The notes beneath the pieces are model-generated. The model did not search any database. It was not told where the DNA came from and saw only the letters and a list, made by a program, of their open reading frames with translations. From the human T2T-CHM13v2.0 reference genome, Homo sapiens: DNA of 64,000 bases. Below are positions 55,951-64,000 of the stretch, piece after piece; position 1 is the first letter of the stretch; the number at the start of each line of letters is the position of its first letter. The stretch lies in the NCBI RefSeq assembly GCF_009914755.1, contig NC_060940.1. One strand, 5' to 3'. A program made the translations under genes and the position numbers.

Positions 55951-57268
55951 ATAAGAGGATCACGATAAGGAATAAACTAAATAAAAGATGAAACAGCTAA
56001 TAAGGACCTTGTTTTTTTCTTAATGTGTATTCTATTTCCAAAATCTCCAAGTATTTTATTTGTCATCTCTTAGTAAAACCGAGATGTTTAAGTGAGTGTT
56101 ACTTTATATTCTGGGAATTAAGATGGGGCTGGAGATGAAGTTCAATTCACACAAAAGGCCTAATGAGTATTTCTCGGAACCTTTGTAAAAATTGCACAGT
56201 TAATAAGGTGGCTTAATTTCATTGCTAGCGGCACCAATGCATATTTCATTCATTTTAAGTGTTTCCTTTTTCGGAGCCAGAATGAAAATATAATAATTGC
56301 ACAGGCCATGATTAACCAGCTGCTTAGCAATTCTCTCTCTTACTATTTTCTATCATATCTTTTTGCACGCAAAGGACAGCAAACAGATAATATGAGTTGA
56401 GGATACACATTGCATTATCATTTTGACGTAATTGCTCTCCCTTTAATGGAGAATGAGAGCTACCAGCAGTGTTTGCTACCTGTGTATTTTTAAAATCTGA
56501 AGATATTCAAAGTTCCTATCCACAGTACAGAAAGTTAGCCCTTTTCATGGAGATGTAGCTGGTTTCATCGAGCTGATTTTATAACTGTTTCTCTCTTGGC
56601 TTTAAGTCTGAAGCCTTTATTGAAGTAGGACCAATGGACATTTAGTGGAAATCTCTGCCTCCATGCACAGTTCCTTCCTCTCACAGTGAGAGCCTGTAAA
56701 GAGTGTCGCTCACAGAGCCTCACATCCACACTCTCCCCACTGTACCCACCATCAGCCAGCAACTGTCAGGCAGGGGATATTCTGGGAAGAGGGATTTAAA
56801 AAGAAAGCACAGGGCTGGCAGTCTTCACAGATTCTTGTGAAGAAGTATCTCTGACATTCAGGGTGCACAGTCACTCCTGCTCATGGCCAGCTGGGTAGAA
56901 AATTGCCCTGGACACCATGCATGTGACTGAGAGTGAGGCAAACTTTTAAATGAATAACTAGGGAGAGGAGGATTGCGTTAGTTTAATTTCCTACTTTTCA
57001 ATTTCCTCAGATTGGTCCTTCCTGATGAATCCTGTCTAGTAGTTACCAGTGGCCCCCCTAATTGAGACCAGTAAGAGCCCAGCCAAATAAGCATTTAAGG
57101 TTCCTTTCCTGTACCTGAGAATCACATAGCTTAGATTGTCACCTCTCAGGTGGCAGAACCCTAAATGTTCAATGCTGTATCATCTGCTGGCAGTTTCTAG
57201 TATTCTCCTCAAGTTTCCTACTGCCCCTAACACCCCATCTTGTTCTTTGTCTGTGTCTCTCTTTCTTA

Positions 57269-57298
57269 TACATACACACACACACACACACACACACA
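57269..57298. repeat. (CA)n microsatellite
   Basis: tacatacacacacacacacacacacacaca. Confidence 0.95.
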
Positions 57299-59375
57299 TC
57301 AAAGAGGCATATGCCTATAAAATGACCATCCCTGCATTTTAATCCCATGATACTTGAATCTTTAGCCATGTCTCCAGTCCATGGGTTGATGTCGTTGGCA
57401 TTTCCCAAGACCAGATCCTCTTCTCATTTCCCTCTACCGTGAACCACTCTCTGGTTAGTGATCAAGTTTGCTTTTGATGACTGCAACATCTTTGGTCTTT
57501 ACACTTAAGATGATATAATAATTAACTAGCTAAGCTTTCATCTGGCACACTCTGATCAATTCATCTTGCTGTTTATGCTTCTGGGCTGGATTTGAGTTTT
57601 GTTGCAAACCCAACATTTATTGGGGCCATTAAAAATAATTCTTGTCTTTTCCCTTTCTTCGTCTCACATTTATAAAGTGAATGTACATCCTATACAATTG
57701 AGGTTTCTAAAGTCTGCCTGTAAGGTGGAACTGGAATATAGTAAAATATTCCTCTTGAATATTCCCACAAATCACTCATAAGATACATACTATGGACATG
57801 AATAACCTCAGTAAGACCAACAAAGCCAAACAGCTTTTTCTACAGCGTTGATCCAATCACTGTGTCTTCACTTGACTATCAGATGAACTTTTGCCTTGCG
57901 TTTTGGCTTTATCTTATATGAAAATGTACACATTTAACCCCAGAATCATACTTGTGCGCTGAGATATTCACAATACTGGAGACAGAAGGGTTGACTGATA
58001 AAAACAGCACATTCTGTTCCTAGGGTTGTACTTCCACTGTGGCATGTGTTCATTGATAGGAGTGGAAAGTCGATAGTCAGTACTCGCTCTCTGTTCTTTT
58101 CCTCAAGCACCTACACTTGGATTTGCATAAGTCAAATGTACAAATGACAACATGCTAGTGTTCCTTTGCGCAGCTCAAAACTTACCCTCAGTAATTCACA
58201 TGGCTGACCACGGCATTGGGAACCAATGGTGATAACAGTGACCACTAACTGTGCAAAGTATGATGCTTAGTGTTTTATATTGTAATCCTATTTAATCTGC
58301 AAATCTGCTCTGTGAGTTCTGCCTTATTAGTCCCATTTCCCGGATATCTATGTGTGGATAAAGTTTTAAAGAACCTTTCAATCTTTAGGGAAAAAAGTAA
58401 GCAAGAGACATCACTCACCTACTTTGATCCCACTGTGCATGTGTGTTTCTGTATTTGTGTGTGTGCATATCGAATGCAAACTGGCTTACAGGATGTAACA
58501 TTTTAAAGAGCTAAAAGTTGAGAGAGCAGTAACTTTTTATTATACTTACAATGAAATGATTGAAGATTGGAAGGTTGGTAATTTTTTTCCAAGTCATACA
58601 GCTAGTTGAACTGAATAGTTTGAGTCACATTGCTTCCTACTCTTTTTAGAAGAGTAACTTTTGTTTCTAACTTGTTTTTTATTGTCTATTTTCTAGTTTT
58701 CTAGCTTTCTTATGAGCTAGAACTTCGGTAATGTCATTGCAAACTGCAAGGTATTGTTACGCTACATGATTTTTTCAAGCAGCTGATTGGCTTCTGGGTT
58801 TTTTTCTTTTGAGACGGCCTTGTATTTGCTGTCTCGAGATTTCCATTACAGAGAATTACCAATTTTTCTAGTATAATACAATTTACTATTGCAAAAAAGG
58901 GGCCTATTTCTCTGTTGGGGCTCTTGATACAACTTTAAGGTGTTTCCATCAATTGAGGGCTTAGTCTTAAGTCGCCTGGATGGGTGTGGTAACACTTTGT
59001 GTTATCTATTGGTCAGTCAGAGGCTTAATAGGAAATTTATCTCATTTCCACTTACTATGATATATTGCTTCTTCTGCTTTTAATTTTTATAATGCTTTTT
59101 ATAATTTTTTATAATTTTATAATGCTTTTAATTTTAATTTTAATAATGCTCAGTGTAATTTCTGTTTTGGTGCTTTCTTTGATATCTTATGCTATATGGT
59201 TTTTGTTGCCTTTGTTTTGTTCGCTCATTCATAAACATTTTTAAGGCTTGAGGAATATATTTTTAGATATTTTAGCGTTGACTGTTGTAAGTCAAATTAT
59301 GATCAAACATACTCACATAATTATAACTCTATATCTTTATTTACTGATGTTTAACTTGAAAAAGAAGTTATGTAT

Positions 59376-59768
<393 letters not shown>

Positions 59769-60086
59769 CTAGCCAAACTGCAGACTAGCAGCCAGCTCTT
59801 TACTGGAATACTCTACACCAACAGAGTTAATTTTCATGACCTCTTACCACACACTTTTCAAATTTTTCTGAATATGTTGATTGCTATTAGGTCCAGACTC
59901 AAAAGTAGACAGTTTTTAATTGAATTGATTTTCAAATAATAGATACTTTTCTAAATCTGGTCAGTAAACAACCTGTAAGCCAACAGCAAAATTTTATATA
60001 AAACATTGACCGTTATGTACTTGTAGTGATTGATTTACATTCTGATTCTTTAAGTACTTAAAAATGCATGTTTACTTGTTAAAATA

Positions 60087-60103
60087 GCCACCAGGGGGGC
60101 ATT
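60087..60103 (+). promoter_or_regulatory. CTCF-like motif (candidate)
   Basis: gccaccaggggggcatt versus core CCASYAGRKGGC (mismatch at the final C). Confidence 0.35.
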
Positions 60104-60432
60104 TAACACAATGCAGCAATAGTGTACTAAATATAATAAATGAGAATGTGCCAGGAAGACGTTGCTAATAGAATAGCACCACAATCAGCTTTGCAGATGT
60201 GGATTACATATTACAGTGAGCTTTATGAAAGCAACTGGATATAGAAAACTGAAACTGGCTATACATTCAAAGGTACACCTGTATGTATGTATGAGCGTAT
60301 GTGTGTATATATATGTATATACATGTATATGCATATATATTTAGAGCAAGAGGGTACATGGATGTTTATAGAACTGTATAATTATATGTTAATAATATTA
60401 GTAAAGAGTTGCTCAAAAAGACTGTAATGTTA

Positions 60433-60796
<364 letters not shown>

Positions 60797-61638
60797 TCAG
60801 AGGAAACTTCCTGAAGTTTGAAGGAAAGTGTTGCAATCAAATTTTGACAGAAAGCATCTCACTCTCTTTTCAATTATGCAATTATGCCAATCACTTTCCC
60901 TTGAATAGAGTGATTAAGTATAGAGCATAGTTCTCTCTGACATAGAAAGTCTGTATGTGTGTGTGTGTGTCTGAGATCCTTGTATTTTAATTAATGACAC
61001 AAATCTGCAAAGAAAAGGTAAATAATAATCCCTTGATACTTTCTCCTAATGTTTAATGCTTTGTCATGACGTGGCTCATTATAAGCCTTTGTTCTTTATG
61101 CCAGGCAGTAGTGGAACAATGATATTTTGTATTAGAGGACAACTGTTCTTTCTCCTACATCTTTCCATGATGCTATCACACGGCTTAGACCTTGTCCCTC
61201 AGCAGCTGATGGTCTGCCCTCTGAACCTAGCATCTATTCTGCAAAAGACATGATGTTTTTTTCCTGTGGACAAAAGTTCAGCCTTCAAGAAACTCACAGG
61301 AGAGACAAAAAAATTACAAAAAATATCTGTAATGATAAGCTAAATGGGGTTAAGTGAAACAATATTGAGAAAGCCCAAAAAAGAAATAAAAATTATACTG
61401 GGTCAGTAGAGAAAATCTTCATGGAATATTTGTGGTAAATCTTAAAGACGTGGTAAAATTTTATCCAAAGAGACACATAATGAATACGCAAGGAACTGAG
61501 ACTACTAATGGGTGGAAACAGAAACAGCTGAGGGTAACTGCAAAGCGTTTGGTTTGGATGATGCCAAGGAGATGTGAAGAGGAGTTACGGGAGAATAAAC
61601 TAGAAAATTAAGGCAGATCCATGTTGTTGACCTGGAAC

Positions 61639-61839
61639 TAGTCTTTCTTAACTGGGGTTTCACAAAATAATTAAGCATTACATAAAATAAGTTGTGTGGT
61701 TATTTTCTTAACACTTCCGAAGTTGGTAACAACTATCAGCAATCTAGATGGATAGGAAGGAAGTTAATTTGTTACATACAATGAGTGTCCAGGGCATTTG
61801 GGTTTCATCGTCTCTGGGAACCCCAGTTGAGAAAGACTG
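61639..61839 (+). mobile_element. MER105-like hAT-Charlie MITE nested in an L2
   Basis: TIRs agtctttcttaactgggg / ccccagttgagaaagact; internal aagttaatttgttacatacaatg; L2-like flanks at about 61330-62040. Confidence 0.8.
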
Positions 61840-62796
61840 GCCAAGACTCTAGATAATGACGAACTGTGGAAATATTTCAGTTAAAGTGTGACATATTGTG
61901 TTTGGGTTTTAGGAGAACTTAACAGCAACAGTATTTAGGAGAGTTTGAAGAATGTGAAATTAATGATTACTAGATCATTTAAACATGAAGGGTGATGACG
62001 GAAATGAAAATGGTAATCAAAAGAAGATGATGGATGCACAAGAATTACTAATTCACTCATTTAAAGCAAACATAGATTGGCTACCTACTGGATGTCAAAT
62101 ATTGTGGCTATTATGATAAGCAAAATAGACTTAGCCTTTAACCACTGAATGAGGCGTCAGGCATTAAGCAAAGAAGCGCAAATCCATGTAAATTCCCAAC
62201 AGGGATAAATGCTATAAAAAGTTTCTTGTGCATATAACTCACATGACGTCCTCTACAGCCTGGTTTTATGTCCTGGAAGAAATGGATAACTATACCACAC
62301 AATGAGGCTTTATTTGTATATGGTGAGTTTTGGATTTATTTTCTCATTAGTGGAAGACTAGCAGATATTTAAAATCAGGAACTAAGATTATGATAGCAAT
62401 TTCCCTTTTTCTCTTCTTGATCATGGGATCTTTATTTCACTGATGGTGGGCTTACATTATAGTTACTACAAATTATAATCTTGTAGCCTCTGTCTGTCTA
62501 ATGATCATTAAAAGCCATGGCTTTATTCTGCCATATTAATTCCTACTAAATAATGCTTTTATGAAAGTTGTAATGATTCTTCCATAAGGGTATAAACAAA
62601 TATAAACAGGATTTTTTCTCCTTGTAGATTGTACATGCATAATTGCTGTATTTTATTGACGCTGTCTACATCCTATGATTCACTATAATGAAGGCCCTAC
62701 TCAGGCATGGGTGAATTTTCTTAAGTTGAAAAATGAGCAAAACTACAGCTGGAAACGAAATAAAAATAAGTGAATAGAAGCTAAAATGAAAGAAAC

Positions 62797-63361
62797 ATTT
62801 TTATTTTAATTTTTTTAACTTTTAAGTTCAGGGATACACATGCAGGTCTGTTACATAGGGAACCCCAACTGAGAAAGACTGGCCAAGACTCCAGATAATG
62901 AGGAACTTTGGAAAAGATTTAAGTTAAAGTGTGATGTATTATGTTTGGGTTTTAGGAGAACTTAACTGTAACGGGTTTGTTGTACAGATTATATCATTAC
63001 CCAGGTATTAAGCCTGGTACCCTTTAGTTATTTTTCCTGATCCTTTCCCTCCTCCCACCCAGTGTCTGTTCTTCCCCTCTATGTTTCTACGAGTTTTCAT
63101 AATTTAGCTCCCACTTACAAGTGAAAACATATGGCATTTGATTTTCTGTTCTTATGTTAGTTTGCTAAGGATAATGGCCTCTAGCTCCATCCGTGTCTCT
63201 GCAAAGGACATGATCTCATTCTTTTTTTATGACTGCATAGTATTCCATGGTGTATACGTACCATATTTTCTTTATCCAGTCTATCACTGATGGGCATTTA
63301 GGTTGATTCCATGTCTTGCTATTGTGAACAGTGTTGCAATAAACATAAGTGTGCATGTGTC
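62797..63361 (-). mobile_element. L1PA13-16-like 3' end carrying a foreign 115-bp insert
   Basis: tttaagttcagggatacacatgcagg...gggtttgttgtacagattat...gcaaaggacatgatctcattc...gtgcatgtgtc. Confidence 0.9.
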
Positions 63362-64000
63362 AAAAGCTTAAATGGTTATTGTGAATCTGCTATTAAAGAT
63401 GTCAGAAACGTTACTCATTCTTCAATCTATTTAGGTCCTAGGTGAGCATTTACATTAAAATTTAATACCAAGATAAGGGCCTCATTAAGAAGTTTCTGTT
63501 ATTTCTCAGTTTTAAAAATTGAGATATCTATCATGACTTCTAAGAAGTTGAGGAATAATTTTGATAATAAAATATCATTACTTGCTTCCTTGGATTAGAT
63601 GTCCACATTTTCTTCTCTTTGATCACACTGTATCCCTGCTCCATTCTGTTTGCTACTTCAAATACAGAACTTCTAAGTCATTATGATTAATTAGAGATTT
63701 CCTATTTCTTAGTATCAAGTTACTCGAGTCTCTGTATGATAGTCTGACACTGTGTGGACTAACCAAAGATGATAGATAGCCTTGCTTTGTCTTCACTAAG
63801 CAGACTATAGCATGAACAAGCTTTACAAAAATGAAATTCATTAGAAAGAACAATAAACATTCCCATCTCATACTTGCTGTTCATATTTTCTATTAAGGTA
63901 TGAATGTCTTCTGGGAAGGATCAGCAAAGGAGGAATTTTTGAAAATATAAAAGTAAATGTGAAAATAAAACTGAAAATGTGTAGGTAGATCTAATCTTGA

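Noticed and set aside
58419-58510. Possible minus-strand exon (ttttag acceptor, gtgagt donor)
   Set aside because: Only generic splice motifs, no recognisable coding content; expected by chance in 64 kb

Overview
Primate (human/great-ape-like) non-coding genomic DNA, AT-rich and CpG-depleted, with no CpG island. It looks like an intergenic desert or the interior of a very long intron. I found no credible protein-coding gene, processed pseudogene, tRNA, rRNA, snRNA or CRISPR array. The ORFs I could interpret are Alu-, LTR-, L1- or microsatellite-derived, or short chance ORFs. A large part of the window is transposon fossil: 15 Alus (most with readable TSDs), about 13 solo LTRs (MaLR MLT1/MST/THE1, MLT2, LTR32/18-like, MER67/31-like), L1 fragments from L1PA2 back to L1M, L2, MIR and DNA transposons (MER20, MER44, Tigger4a, MER105, MER5). 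Subfamily names come from recalled consensus sequences and need RepeatMasker/Dfam confirmation. I do not see a new biological system in the gene-cluster sense. The unusual signals are structural: (1) a 400-bp AT-rich fold-back palindrome (54742-55141) whose interior repeat unit is the reverse complement of its own arm end; (2) a 115-bp copy of DNA from 1 kb upstream pasted inside an L1PA 3'UTR; (3) an Alu tail expanded into (GAA)29 plus GAG/GAA higher-order repeats; (4) a tail-less Alu that keeps its TSD; (5) two neighbouring AluY copies sharing two rare CpG transversions; (6) several small locally templated insertion scars; and (7) candidate enhancer, CTCF, DUX4 and splice motifs.
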